A stretch of 64,000 nt of DNA, taken from Chiloscyllium plagiosum. Lineage: Eukaryota. Each line of letters opens with the position of its first letter. The stretch's first letter is position 1. Shown one piece after another: positions 12,345 to 24,821 of this stretch. Both the position numbers and the translations under genes were made by a program. The notes below the pieces were generated by a model. The model did no database searches. It was not told the origin of the DNA and saw nothing but the letters and a program-made list of their open reading frames with translations. The stretch is taken from NCBI RefSeq assembly GCF_004010195.1, contig NC_057749.1, positions 10,813,646 through 10,877,645 of the forward strand. Direction: 5' to 3'.

Positions 12345-14551
12345 CTGTAAAACAAAGAAAGGTTTTGCATTTTTCTTCGCCGCACTTTCCCCGAGCTTAG
12401 ATTCTCTGAAAGTACTGCACAATTAATTAAAGTTATGATTACAGTTGGAAACTTGGGCAGTCAATTTACATACAGCAAGCTCCCTTTAACAATGCTGAAA
12501 TAAATAAGATCATCTGTCTTGGGTGCTGGTTTTAGGATAAATATTGGCCCAGATATTGATGTGAACTCTCATCCTATTCTCCAGATAGTACCAATGGGTC
12601 TCTCACATTCAGCCAAGATGGACAGGACCTCAGCTTCCTGTCTCATCTGAAAGACAGCACCTCCAACAACACTGCAGTCACTCAGTGCTTTGTTAGGGTG
12701 GCAGGCTGGATTTTACATTCAGGTCTTTCAAGTGGAGTTTAAACCTAGCACCAGAGACAAGGGTGTAACTCACTGAACCACTCACTGAACCACATAAGGA
12801 ATCGGTATTGTGCTGAAACATCTTAATGCAGGAACCTTCACAAGCTGCATAGCATCCAACGACTGAATATTGATTATCTTGGGAGACTGTGACATGACCA
12901 ATAGTGTACATGTGTTTTCTCCTGCCTTCTCTTTGCACTAATGAGCAAATAAACATCAAAGCACCAATGAGGCATAAGGAGCCAAGTGACACACAAATAC
13001 ATAGATTCATTATTAAAGAATTGAGACGTTGGTGGCAGATTTTACAATGCTGGTGAACTATGTCTAACCTGTGTAGCTCCTCCCTCGCAAACAAAGACAG
13101 TCTGAATCACATGGTACATATCATGGAATCATATCAGCCCCAGTCAATTATACAGAAAATACAGCCTTGCCCATTTAAAGGTTTACCACGACATTGCTCA
13201 GACTGGTTGTTCAAGGCTTCTCCAGCTGAAGTCAATGGAAAGAAATTAGGAAGAGGTTTTCAAATGGAAGGCCAAGCAGTGGATTGGAGTTCTAAATTTA
13301 TTTCATATATATAGTGCAGTAAGAACAACAATGACTGGAATTGATATAGCATCTATAATATAGTAAAACAGCCCGAGGGGCTTCAAAGAAACATTATCCG
13401 ACAGAAGTTGAGCTGACACTCATTCGACATTACAAAAGCGATAAGGGACGCAGTTTTAAAGAAGGACTTAAAGGAGGAGAGTGAGGTAAAAAAAACCAAG
13501 TGGTATAAGGAAGGTATTCGCAGACCGTGCCTGGATCAGGGCCTTGGCAGTCTGAGATCCCAGGAGCGAGCCTTACATGGGGATGGAGGCTCCCCCCAAC
13601 ATCTGCCACAGTGTCGAGAGCAGGGGAGATGGAGCCAGTGTGCCAAAGCAGTAGAGATAGAGCCCGTGTAGGAAGTGCAGTCCCAGTATAGCATAGCACT
13701 TAAGAAAGATTGTCATGATTAAACTTTTAGCTTTATTTCTTTACTTTTCCACTCAATACTAGGAAGGACTGTAATGTTTAACTTTTAGCTTTCTTCTTTA
13801 TTTCTTTCTACGCTGTTCTTAACTTTTTGTACCTAGGTATTTGTACCTAAGATGGTGCCATGTGTGGCAAACATTGTACACTTTTCACTGTACTCCTGTA
13901 CTTGAGTACATATGGTAATAAAGTCTAAATCTAAAACTAAACTTAGAGCTCAGGCAACTAACCGTAGTCACCACTGGAGGAGTGTTAAGATCGAAGACAC
14001 CCAAAGGCCAGAGTCAGGGGTGTGCAGACCTCAAATGTTTGTAGGGCTGGAGGAGGTTACAAAGTTAGGGAAGGGTGAGGTGAAGGGGGGATTTGAGGAT
14101 AAGAATAGGGATTTTCAATGGAAGCATTTTTTAACAGGGTAACAAAGTCAGTTTGTGAACACAGGAACAGTGGGCAATTGGAACTTGTTGCGAGTTTGGG
14201 TTATGGATAATAGAGTTTGGAATGAGCTCAGGTTTCCAGTGGGTGCAAGGTAGAAAAGGCAAGCCCTGAAAACTGTGGATGGGCCCCTCAGTATTTGAGA
14301 AAGCAATCTGAGCACCATGAACTTTCATCACATTGTTGTCTACAATGGGCAATTACTGGCCCAGCACATGTCCCTTGAACAAAAGAACTGCATTCTTTGA
14401 ATTTTTAGTGTGTGTCATAAGTTACAGGAGCAGAAATTGGCCATTCAGTCCACAGAGTCTGCTCTCCCTTTCAATGAGATTGTGGCTGATCTCATCATCC
14501 CAACTCTACTTTCCTGCCTTTCCCTGTAACAATAGTCAAAAATGATTTTAC

Positions 14552-14822
14552 CTTTAGGAAGCCTGAAAATAAATTTCTTTTTGAGAACAGCCTGGATTTC
14601 ATTCACATTGGTCTGTTCAATGACATCAGTAACTCCAGTGTTGGTGGATAACACTTCACCATCATTCACCTGCAGCCAGACCCCCGTCCCAGACCCTTCC
14701 AGAAGCGGGTTTTCCACAGTCAGTCTCAAGATGTAATGTCCCACCTCATTAAACTGAACATTGACGATTTCAAACTCAAAGTCGAGCTCCTTGTCTTCAA
14801 TTCTCAACTGGGACCTGTGCAT
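14552..14822 (-). CDS. CCDC33: CCDC33 first coding exon (N-terminal C2-like region)
   Basis: Translates MHRSQLRIEDKELDFEFEIVNVQFNEVGHYILRLTVENPL...KKKFIFRLPK|G, closely like the human CCDC33 N-terminus as I recall it (..[31 protein letters not shown]...SKFIFTLPKG). There is an in-frame TGA upstream of the ATG, a (CT)n-CAG acceptor at 14920-14921 and a donor AAG|GTAAAA (phase 1). Confidence 0.9.
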
Positions 14823-14920
14823 ATTTTAGTCTTTTTTCTTGTTTGCAAAGACGTTTTGCAACTACTTTCCCCACTTCAAACGTCAAAACAGAATGACTCT
14901 TGGATTGATGCAAGTCCTAC

Positions 14921-14956
<36 letters not shown>

Positions 14957-15358
14957 TGTTGCTGCCTTTGAGTGATCTGACAGGAGCAACATTTCCAGGT
15001 CACAGATCTTTTTTATTTCAAAAACATATTTTATTCATAAAAAATGTCTACATATTTTATATATATACATACACACACATGTACACATAGTCATAAATGC
15101 AGTTGAGTTCTGTCTAATACATATTAAAAAAACGAACAACATTGGAGTTTGACTCTAACCAACAAATAAGCCAAAGGCATCTCTTCCTTGTACAAGACTA
15201 TATTTACATGCATTTGAGGCACCAGGAGGGTTTGATAACTGACAGACCCCATTTAACTTTAGCAGAAAGACAGATCCGAATGGTTTCCTCTGATCCATTG
15301 TTTGGAAGGACAATTATAAACAACAGAACAATTCCTAATTCAGATGGTGTAACGTTAC

Positions 15359-15540
15359 CTGTGCCTTGACTGCAGGAGAAATACTGCTTCAAATGGGATG
15401 ATAAACAGGCACTTTGTACTGAAATCCAAAAGCAGCCCTTGATCTCACATCGCTTGTTTTCAGTTTGGAAATGCGATTCACACAATCTGCTCAGTTTGTT
15501 GTCGTGAATCTAGGCAGCAACCACCAGCCAATCAAGCTGC
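15359..15540 (-). promoter_or_regulatory. candidate CCDC33 non-coding first exon / promoter
   Basis: Minus-strand donor CAG|GTAACG at 15359/15358, ~440 bp upstream of the 14919 acceptor. A CCAAT and an RFX half-site-like GTTGCTGCCTAG lie near 15510-15533. Inference only. Confidence 0.35.
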
Positions 15541-17201
15541 TGCACAAAACAAACAAAATAGACTTCAAAGTCAATGGATTATGTGTCTTATAATAACCAC
15601 GGTGATGTGTTATACAAAGACCGGTTCCTTTAGCTGCCAATGTTAATCTTTAAACACACCTTAAAAGTGCACACAGTTAAAAATGCAAGGATCTGGGTTC
15701 TATCTTATAATTTCAAACTTTGCTTTGATTGAATTTACCCAAATGGCAGCTTTATATCTCTTGATTAAAAACTCCATCCAGTCTGGCAAACTCTGGGCCC
15801 ATTCCTTTGCTGACTGTAGAGTCATAGAGATGTACAGCACAGAAATAGACTCTTCAGTCCAACTCGTCCATGTCGATCACATATTCAACATTAATCTAGT
15901 CCCATTTGCCAGCATTTGGCCCATATCCCTCTAAACCCTTCCTCTTCATGTACCCATCCAGATGTCTTTTCAGTGTTGTAACTGTACCAGCCTCCACCAC
16001 TTCCTCTGGTAGCTCCTCCTGTGATTTGATGAAGGAGCAGTGCTCTGAAAGCTAGTACTTCCAAATAATCCTGTTGGACTATAACCAGCTGTTATGTGAT
16101 TTTTAACTTTATATTTATCTAGCTCCTCTAGTGTAATGCAACATCCACACAAAAGCATTTATGGTGACCCCTAAGGAGATAATGAAACAAAGTTTGGTCG
16201 AAGCCCAGTCAAAGATTTAAGGAGCACCTTAAGTAGAGGCAAAAAGGTTTACAAAACTTGGAACTTAGGGTTCAGGCAGCAGAGTGTGGGATGGGGTGAC
16301 CTAAATGCTGAAGACTTCCAAACAGAGCTGAAAGAAGTGCAGATATAGAGTCACACAGCACAGAAACAGTCCAACTCATCCATGCCAAACAAGCTTCCCA
16401 AACTAAACTAGTCCCACTTGCCTGCATCTGGTCAATATCCCTCTAAACCCTCCCTATTCATGCACCCATCTGATAATTCATTCCACACATGAACCACCCT
16501 CTGTATGAAAATGTTGTCCCTCAGGTCTGTTTTCAATCTTTCTCCTCTCCCCTTAAAAATATGCCCCCTTGTTTTGAACTCATTCACCCTAGGGAAAAGA
16601 CCTTTACGATTCACCTTTTCCATTCCCCTCATATTTTATAAACCTCCGTAAGGTCACCCCTCAACTCCTATGTTCCAATGAAACAGTCCCAGCCCATTCA
16701 TCCTTCCTTATAACTCAAACCCTCCAATCCCAGCAACATCCTTGTAAATCTTTTCCGAACAGTCTCCAATTTCATTCCTATAATAGGGCGACCAGAAATG
16801 TACACATTACTCCAAAAGTGACCTCACCGTCATCCTGTATGAGCTCAACATGATGTGCCAACTCCAACACTCAATGGTCTGAGCAATGAAGGCAAGAGTG
16901 CTAAACGCCTTTCTTGTAGGACTGTGGGAGTGGAGGAGTTTACCCATTTAGGGAGGATAACCATGAAGAAGATTTGAGCATTCTTGTAAAATACTACGCT
17001 ATAATACTGTAACATTGCCTTCTGCCAGGACCACCTGGGATATCTTGGATGTGATGTATTGTAACTAAACCTTCTTGTTAGTATTAGTATGTGTTCCTGA
17101 TACCTAGTGGAGAAAGATACACACACAACATCTTAGACAACAGATAGATTCTGGCTTGGTTAATCCAGTTAATGTATTACCTAATAGTTAGTTACATTAC
17201 A

Positions 17202-18128
17202 GATGGAAATGTGTTGCTGGAAAAGCGCAGCAGGTCAGGCAGCATCTAGGGAACAGGAGAATCGACGTTTCGGGCATTAGCCCTTCTTCAGGAATGAGGA
17301 AAGTTGGTCCAGCAGGCTAAGATAAAAGATAGGGAGGAGGGACTTGGGGGAGGGGCGTCGGAAATGTGATAGGTGGAAAGAGGTCAAGGTGAGGGTGATA
17401 GGTCAGACTGGGGTGGGGGAGGAGAGGTCGGGAAGAAGATTGCAGGTTAGGAAGGCGGTGCTGAATTCAAATTCAGCACCGCCTTCCTAACCTGCAATCT
17501 TCTTCCCAACCTCTCCGCCCCCACCCCANNNNNNNNNNNNNNNNNNNNNNNNNNNNNNNNNNNNNNNNNNNNNNNNNNNNNNNNNNNNNNNNNNNNNNNN
17601 NNNNNNNNNNNNNNNNNNNNNNNNNNNNNNNNNNNNNNNNNNNNNNNNNNNNNNNNNNNNNNNNNNNNNNNNNNNNNNNNNNNNNNNNNNNNNNNNNNNN
17701 NNNNNNNNNNNNNNNNNNNNNNNNNNNNNNNNNNNNNNNNNNNNNNNNNNNNNNNNNNNNNNNNNNNNNNNNNNNNNNNNNNNNNNNNNNNTGCTGGTAG
17801 GGGAGGGGAGGGAAATATATCCTTGGTGGTGGGGTCCGTTTGGAGGTGGCGGAAATGGCGGCGGATGATGCGCTGTACATGGAGGTTAGTGGGGTGGTAG
17901 GTGAGGACCAGTGGGGTTGTGTCCTGGTGGCGGTTGGAGGGGCGGGGTTCAAGGGTGGAGGATCGGGAAGTGGAAGAGATGCGGTGGAGGGCATCGTCGA
18001 CCACGTCGGGGGGGAAATTGCGGTCCTTGAAGAAGGAGGCCATCTGGGATGTGCGTTTTTGGAACTGGTCCTTGGTGGTGGGGTCCGTTTGGAGGTCCTT
18101 GGTGGTGGGGTCCGTTTGGAGGTCCTTG
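17202..18128 (-). mobile_element. Penelope-like retroelement fragment with pseudo-LTR, internal fold-back and assembly gap
   Basis: Minus ORF FFKDRNFPPDVVDDAL...PLVLTYHPTNLHVQRIIRRHFRHLQTDPTTKDIFPSPP resembles the post-RT region of fish PLEs. 3' repeat carries a hammerhead motif. TSD GTTACATTACA at 17191-17201 and 18129-18139. Confidence 0.75.
17260..17296 (-). ncRNA. minimal type-I hammerhead ribozyme motif (family A)
   Basis: Minus strand CTGAAGA-A-GGGC-TAAT-GCCC-GAAA-CG-TC: full catalytic core, stem II and palindromic ACGT helix III. Stem I is weak. Confidence 0.6.
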
Positions 18129-18932
18129 GTTACATTACACCCAAGATACATGATTGTCTTTTGTGAGACCATGGGTTCAGCTGAATAAATACGTGTTACT
18201 ACTTTAGTTCCATGCTATTAGCATTGAGAAGAATGGCTAAAGCACTCCTCATTCCTGGGAGTACATGGAGAACTCATAGGACTGGTTAGCTCCTCCCAGT
18301 AAAAGTTATTTACATTTTGATAGGCAGAGTTTATCTCTTGTTGTCAGTTAACCCTTTCAGCTAATGACTGCCTTATACATACACACAGTTTAAGGTGGAG
18401 GCGTTGCTTGGCCAACAAGTGTCAGCAAGCTCAGAGCAAAGATGCTTTCATACTGCTCTAAGACTCTAAGTGAATCACAGCTACCAACAGGGGCCAGTAT
18501 AGTCACAATGGGGCGTATGGCCTCTTTCTGTTCCATAATGACATGGTAATTCAGTGACTTATCAATTCATGGCCATTGGTGGGTGGGTTTATGTGCATGT
18601 ATGTAGGTTTGTGTGTGTGTCTGCAGGTAATAGAGTAAGGATAGAGTGTGGGATGTGTGAGATTAAGTGAATGAGGGTGAACATCTGTGTGTTGATGGAT
18701 GGTATGGGTCTCTGTAAAACAGTAAAGTCACCATAGACTTATCAGACTGTAGGGCTGCTCTCTCTAATGAGAGAGACAACTGATGGTGGTTTGACCTGAG
18801 GGTTACCACGGGAAGAGGTTGAAAAGGAGAGTCCTTCACAGTAACTCAGCCAGTGTGGGAATTGAACCCACACTTTCACTATCACTCTGCCCTGCAAACT
18901 AACTGTCCTGCCAACTGAACTGACTGACTCTG

Positions 18933-19240
18933 CTGTGTGAGGTTGTGGGAGGTGTGGATGTGAGGGATTGTGTGTGCACAGATTTGGGTGTGGGGGGATG
19001 TGAGTGGGGAAGTGTGTGAGGGAGCGTGTGTGTGGGGACTGTGTGTGGGTGGGTTTGAGGGTGTGGTGTGTGTTGGTGTGTAGGGGTGTGTGGGAGAGTG
19101 GCGGGTAAGGATGTGAGGGGTGGGTGTGTGGGGAGAGTTATGAGTTGTGTGGGGGGAGTTATGAGTTGTGTGTGTTATGAGTGGGTGCGTGAGTATGGGG
19201 GGGAGGAGGTTTGTGTGGGGTCTGTGTGTAAGAATATGGA
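18933..19240. repeat. GT-rich low-complexity region
   Basis: Degenerate TG/GGG repeats. Confidence 0.8.
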
Positions 19241-19246
19241 AGGTTG

Positions 19247-21866
19247 TTGAGGAAGGTTTGTCTACTGAGTCAGTATGGGTGGAAGTTAGGAACAGCAAGG
19301 GAACAGCAACCTCATTGGGGGTTTTCTACAGACCACCTAAAAGCAGTAGAGAGATTGAAGAACTCAGGCTGGCAAATTCTGGAAAAATGCAGAAGTAGCA
19401 GGTTTGTTGTTATGGGTGATTTCAACTTTCCCAATATCGACTGGAACCTCCAAAGTGCAGACGGTTTGGATGGTGCCGTTTTTGTCAGGTGTGTTCATGA
19501 GGGTTTCCTTACTCAGTATGTAGACAGACCGACGAGGGGAGAGGCCATTTTGGATTTGGTGCTCGGCAACAAGCCAGGACAGGTGTCAGATCTCGCGGTG
19601 GGAGAGCACTTTGGTGACAGTGACCACAACTGCCTTACATTTAGCATAGCCTTGGAGAGGGAAAGGAGCAGTCACTGAGGGAAGATATTTAATTGGGGAA
19701 AAGCAAATTTTGACGCTATCAGACAGGAGCTGGGAAGTACAGACTGGGAGCAATTGTTCCACAGAAAGGGCACAGCAGACATGTGGAGACTATTTAAGGA
19801 GCAGTTGTTACAAGTGAAGCACAAATTTGTTTCTCTGAGACAGGTAAGAATGTGTAAGATTAAGGAACCTTGGATGACGAGAACAGAGGAACTTCTCGTC
19901 AAAAGGAAGAAGGCAGCTTATGTAAGGTGAGGAAGCAAGGATCTAACACAGCTTTAGAGGATTACAGGTTTGCTAGAAAGGTGCTCAGAAATAGACCGAG
20001 GAGAACCAGGAGGGGGCATGAAAAGGGCTTGGCAAGACAGATTAGGGAGAACCCAAAGGCATTTTACTCAAACGTGAGAAATAAGAGAATGCTCAGGGAG
20101 AAGCTAGGGCCAATCAGGGATAGCGGAGGGAACTTGTGCGTAGAGTCTGAGCAGATAGAGGAAGCCCTAAATGAGGTTTTTGCTTTGGTTTTCATCAAGA
20201 AATGGGAACTTGTTGTAAATGAAAACTTTGAGGAGCTGGGATACAGTCTTGACCAGATCGAGATTGATGAAGTTGATGTGCTGGAAATTTTGGAAAACAT
20301 TAAGATTGATAAGTTCCCCCGGGCCAGACCAGATTTATCCTCGGCTGCTCCGGGAAGCGAGAAAGGAAGTTGCTAAGCCGCTGGCGAGGATATTTACCTC
20401 CTCACTCTCCACGGGAGTCGTACCAGAGGATTAGAAGGAGGCGAATGTTGTTCCACTTTTCAAGAAGGGTAATAGGGAAATCCTGGCAATTACAGACCAG
20501 TCCGTCTTACATCTGTGGTCAGCAAAATTTTGGAAAGAATTCTGAGGGATAGGATTTATGACTATTTGGCAAAGCATAGTGTGATTAAAGGCAGTCAGCA
20601 TGGCTTTGTGAGAGGCAAGTCATGCCTCACAAATTTTATTGAGTTCTTTGAGGAGGTGACGAGACAGGTCGATGAAGGTCGAGCAATGGATGTAGTGTAT
20701 ATGGACTTCAGCAAGGCATTTGATAAGGTTCCCCATGGTAGGTTCATTCATAAAGTCAGGAAGTATGGGATACAGGGAGATTTGGCTATCTGGATTCAGA
20801 ATTGGCTGGCTGACAGAAGGCAGAGAATGGTTGTAGATGGAAAGCCTTCTGCCTGGAGGTCAGTGTTGAGTGGGGTCCCGCAGAGTTCTGTTTTTGGGCA
20901 CCTGCTCTTTGTAGTTTTTGTAAATGCCTTGGATGAGGAGGTTGACGGGTGGGCTAGTAAATTTGTATTTGACAAAGGTTGGAGGTGCTGTTGATAGTAT
21001 AGAGGGTTACTGCAGGCTGCAGCGTGACATAGACAGGATGCAGAGCTGGGCTAAGAAATGGCAGATGGGTTCAAACTGGATAAATGCGAAGTGATGCATT
21101 TTGAAAGGTTGAACTCGAATGCTGAATGTAGGTTTAAAGACAGGATTGTTGGCAGTGTGGAGGAACTGAGGGATCCTGGTGTGCAAGTACATAGATCCCT
21201 CAAAGTTGCCACCAAGTGCATAGGGTTGTTAAGAAAGCAGATGGTGTTTTGGCTTTCATTAACAGGGGGATCAGGTTTAAGAGCCGTGGAGTTTTGCTGC
21301 AGCTCTACAAGTCCCTGGTGAGACCACACTTGGAATATTGTGTCCAGTTCTGGTCGCCCTACTACAGGAAAGATACAGAGGCTTTGGAGAGGATGCAAAG
21401 AAGGTTTACCAGGATGCTGCCTGGACTGGAGAGCTTGACTTATAAAGAAAGATTTAGTAACCTTGGACTTTTCTCTCTGGAGAGAAGGAGGAAGAGAGGA
21501 GACCTGATTGAGGTATATAAAATAATGAGCGGCATAGATAGAATCAATAGCCAGACACTTTTCCCCAGGGCAGGATTGACTGGTACGAGGAGTCATAGTT
21601 CGAAGATATTAGGAGGAAGGTATAAAGGAGACGTCAGAGGTAGGTTCTTTACGCAGAGTGTTGTGAATGCATGGAATGTGTTGCCAGCTGTGGTGGTAGA
21701 AGCAGAGTCAATGGGGACATTTTAGCGACTGCTGGACATGCGCATGAGATAGCAATGAGTTGAGGGGTGCATAGGTTAAGTTACTATATTTCACATTAGG
21801 ATTAAACCTCGGCACAACATCGTGGGCCAAAGGGCCTGTTCTGTGCTGTACTGTTCTATGTTCTAT
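19247..21866 (+). mobile_element. 5'-truncated CR1-clade LINE (HER1-like), decayed ORF2 (AP endonuclease + reverse transcriptase)
   Basis: Frameshifted fragments VVMGDFNFPNIDW, ILDLVL, DSDH, QHGFVRGKSCLTN, YMDFSKAFDKVPH, SGVPQSSV, LYKSLVRPHLEYCVQFWSP, FFTQSVVNAWN; 3' tail of TTCTATG repeats. Confidence 0.93.
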
Positions 21867-22964
21867 GTATGTGAGGTGTGAGCATGGGGGGTTTGTGTGT
21901 GGGGTCTGTGTGTAAGCATATGGAGGATGGGAGGTGTGAGTGTGCGAGAAATGCAATGCAAAACATTAACTGTCTTTTCACCACCAGCCAAAAGGAATCA
22001 GCTATCCACTCTCCTCTCACACAAACATACAGAATAGCAGCCTACTCTACCATTCAATCAGTTTTTTAAAAATATTCCGATATGGGACATGGGTATTGCT
22101 GACCGTGACGATGTTTATCACCGATCACTAATTGTTGAGTCAACCACATAGTTGTGGGTGTGGACTCACATGTAGGTCTGACCTGATAAACCAACATTTC
22201 CTTCTGTCAATGTAATGAGTGAGCCAGGTGGATTTTTATAACAACAATGGTTACCATTAGGCTGGCTTTTTATTTTTGGATTTTATTGAATTCAAATTTC
22301 ACCATCTAAGATCTCAAGATTTGAACCGATATTACCAGAACATTATCCTGAGGGTTGGGATTACTTGACCAGAGACGGCACCATTACCCCATCACCTCTC
22401 TGTAAATAAATAAAACCTGAAAGAACTGCGGATGCTGGAAATCAGAAACAAGAACAGAATTTGCTGGAAAAGCTCAGCAGGAAGGACAGCATCTATAGAG
22501 AGAAATCAAAGTTAATGTTTCAGGTCATGACCCTTCTTAACTCTGCTTTCTCTCCACAGATGCTGCCAGTCCTGCTGAGTTTCTCCAGCGATTTCTGTTT
22601 TTGGATTTGTGCTTTGAAATCCATATTCCCTGGTAACATTTCATTTTGTGTCTAGCAAGAATGAATTATCAAATATCCTTCTGATGAAGGGTCACAGTGG
22701 ACACAAAACATTAACCTGTTTCTCTCTCTATAGATGCTACCAGACCTGCTGAGTTTCTTCAGCATTTTCTGTTTCTGATATAAATTATTGGGGGGTGCGC
22801 AGGGCATTACCCACACAGGATATGAAGCTGAGATAGATGATTCACGTGGGGAATCAATGTTATGGGAATTTGGATATGTGTAGTATCTGCCAATGATCCA
22901 ACTTAATGGTGGAATGGGTTTGGGAGGCCTGTTCCTGTCCCTTTCTCTTGCGGTCTTAAGAAGG

Positions 22965-24040
22965 TTATCTCAGGATCTTGATCTGATGGGCTGAGGACTG
23001 GCAGGTGGAGTTTAATTTAGATAAATGTGAAGTGCCGCATTTTAAAAAGGCAAATCAGGGCAGGACTTATACACTTAATGGGAAGGTCCTGGGGAGTGTT
23101 GCTGAACAAAGAGACCTTTTTTTAAGCAAAAAAAAACACACAGTAACGTTTCTACTTACCTCTTCCCATTACAAGAGCACAGAGACAACAGACTCTCTTC
23201 CAAAAGCGTCTCTTTGGGATACTGAAGTTCCTTGACACTACCTAAGGGACTTAGGGGGCAACCTTTTCATCAGGGGTGGTGGATGTATGGGACAAGCTGC
23301 CACAGGAAGTGGTGGCGACTGGTACAATTACAACATTTCAAAGGGGCAGCACGATGGCTCAGTGGTTCACACCGCTGCCTCACAGCTGCAGGGTCCCAGG
23401 TTTGATTCCTGCCTTGGGCGACTGTCTGTATGGAGTTTGCACATTCTCGCTGTGTCTCTCTGGGTGCTCTGGTTTCCTCCCACAATCCTTGCAGGTTCAC
23501 AGTTCCTTGAAAGTGGAGTCTCATGTAAAGATGATGTCTGGTATGCTTTCCTTTATTAGTCAGTGCATTGCTTATAGGTCATATCATGCTGTACAGGACA
23601 TTGGTTAGGCCACTTTTGCAATTCTGGTCTCCTTCCGATAGGAAGGATGTTGTGAAATTTGAAAGGGTTCAGAAAAGATTTACAAGGATATTGCCAGGGT
23701 TGGAGGGTTTGAGCTATAGGGAGAGACTGAATAGGCTGGGGCTGTTTTCCCTGGAGGGTTAAAGGCTGAAAGGTGGCCTTATAGAGACTTATAAAAACAT
23801 GAAGGGCATGGATAGGGTAAATAACCAACGTCCTTTCCCTAGGGTGGGGGAGTCCAAAACAGGAGGGCAAAAGTTGAAGGTGAAAGGGAAAAGATTTAAA
23901 AGGGACCTAAAAAGCAACTTTTTCAAGCAGAGGGTGGTGTGTGTATGGAATGAGCTGCTGGGGGGAGTGGTGGAGGCTGGTACAATTACAATGTTTAAAA
24001 GGGATTTGGATGGACATATGAATAGGAAGTGTTTAGAGGG
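22965..24040 (+). mobile_element. CR1/HER1 LINE 3' fragment interrupted by a templated insertion (23117-~23490)
   Basis: MEFNLDKCEV...VAEQRDL | VHSSLKV...LYRTLVRP...FFKQRVVCVWNEL are contiguous LINE sequence on either side of the insert. Confidence 0.8.
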
Positions 24041-24499
24041 AGGCGAAAATGAGGACTGCAGGTGCTGGAGAATAGAGTCAAGATTAGAGTGGTGCTGGAA
24101 AAGCACAGCAGGTCAAGCAGCATCCAAGGAGCAGGAAAATCGACATTTTGGGAAAAAAGCCCTTCATCAGGAATGTGGAGGGAGACAGAGGCTGACAGAT
24201 AAATAGGGGAACTATCCATTCCCACTGACCTATCACAATGATTTCTCACCTACATCCATCTATGGCCATTCCACTTTCCTGTGCCCCAGCCCCAGCCCAA
24301 TTTATCTCTCAGCTCTCCTCCCCCACGCATCTCTATGACTCTAAAGCTTGCTTTTCCTTAACTTCGTTATTTCTTGCGAATTGTCCTGATGAGAACAAGA
24401 CAAAACAAACGTGTCCTTTTTTTCCCCCCTAACAAAAACGTAGCTGAAGATTTTCAAAGAAAATACAGTAGCTGAAAAACTACTTTAAAGTCTTCCCCT

Positions 24500-24821
24500 T
24501 TCACAAACATAACGCACAAGATACCAGCGCCACGTCCGCGGAAACGTTTGTCTGTGTGTGTGTGTTCTGGAATGTTTCAGCCCGACCACTGAAACAGCAA
24601 TGCACCTTGATCCACCGCCACAGCCAGTGTACCTGGGCAATGGGGCACATCCTCTTAAAGCGCCCCTCCTCCTGGAATGGGTTATGTAACGCGGAGGGTG
24701 GTGGCCGTGGTTGGACTTTACCTTTAAGCCTCAGCCGCTCGGGAGGGTAGGGACTTCAGTATCCCAAAGAGACGCTTTTGGAAGAGAGTCTGTTGTCTCT
24801 GTGCTCTTGTAATGGGAAGAG
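24500..24821 (+). promoter_or_regulatory. candidate STRA6 promoter and non-coding first exon
   Basis: Locally CpG-rich unique sequence ending in a consensus donor GAG|GTAAGT (24821/24822) that points toward STRA6. D-box GTTATGTAAC at 24681-24690. Confidence 0.5.

Noticed and set aside
18882..19298. His/Thr/Pro-rich 138-aa ORF
   Set aside because: Translation of GT-rich low-complexity DNA.
19244..21725. Active LINE or domesticated RT gene
   Set aside because: Multiple frameshifts and stops, a damaged catalytic region (KFVFD instead of FADD) and 5' truncation.
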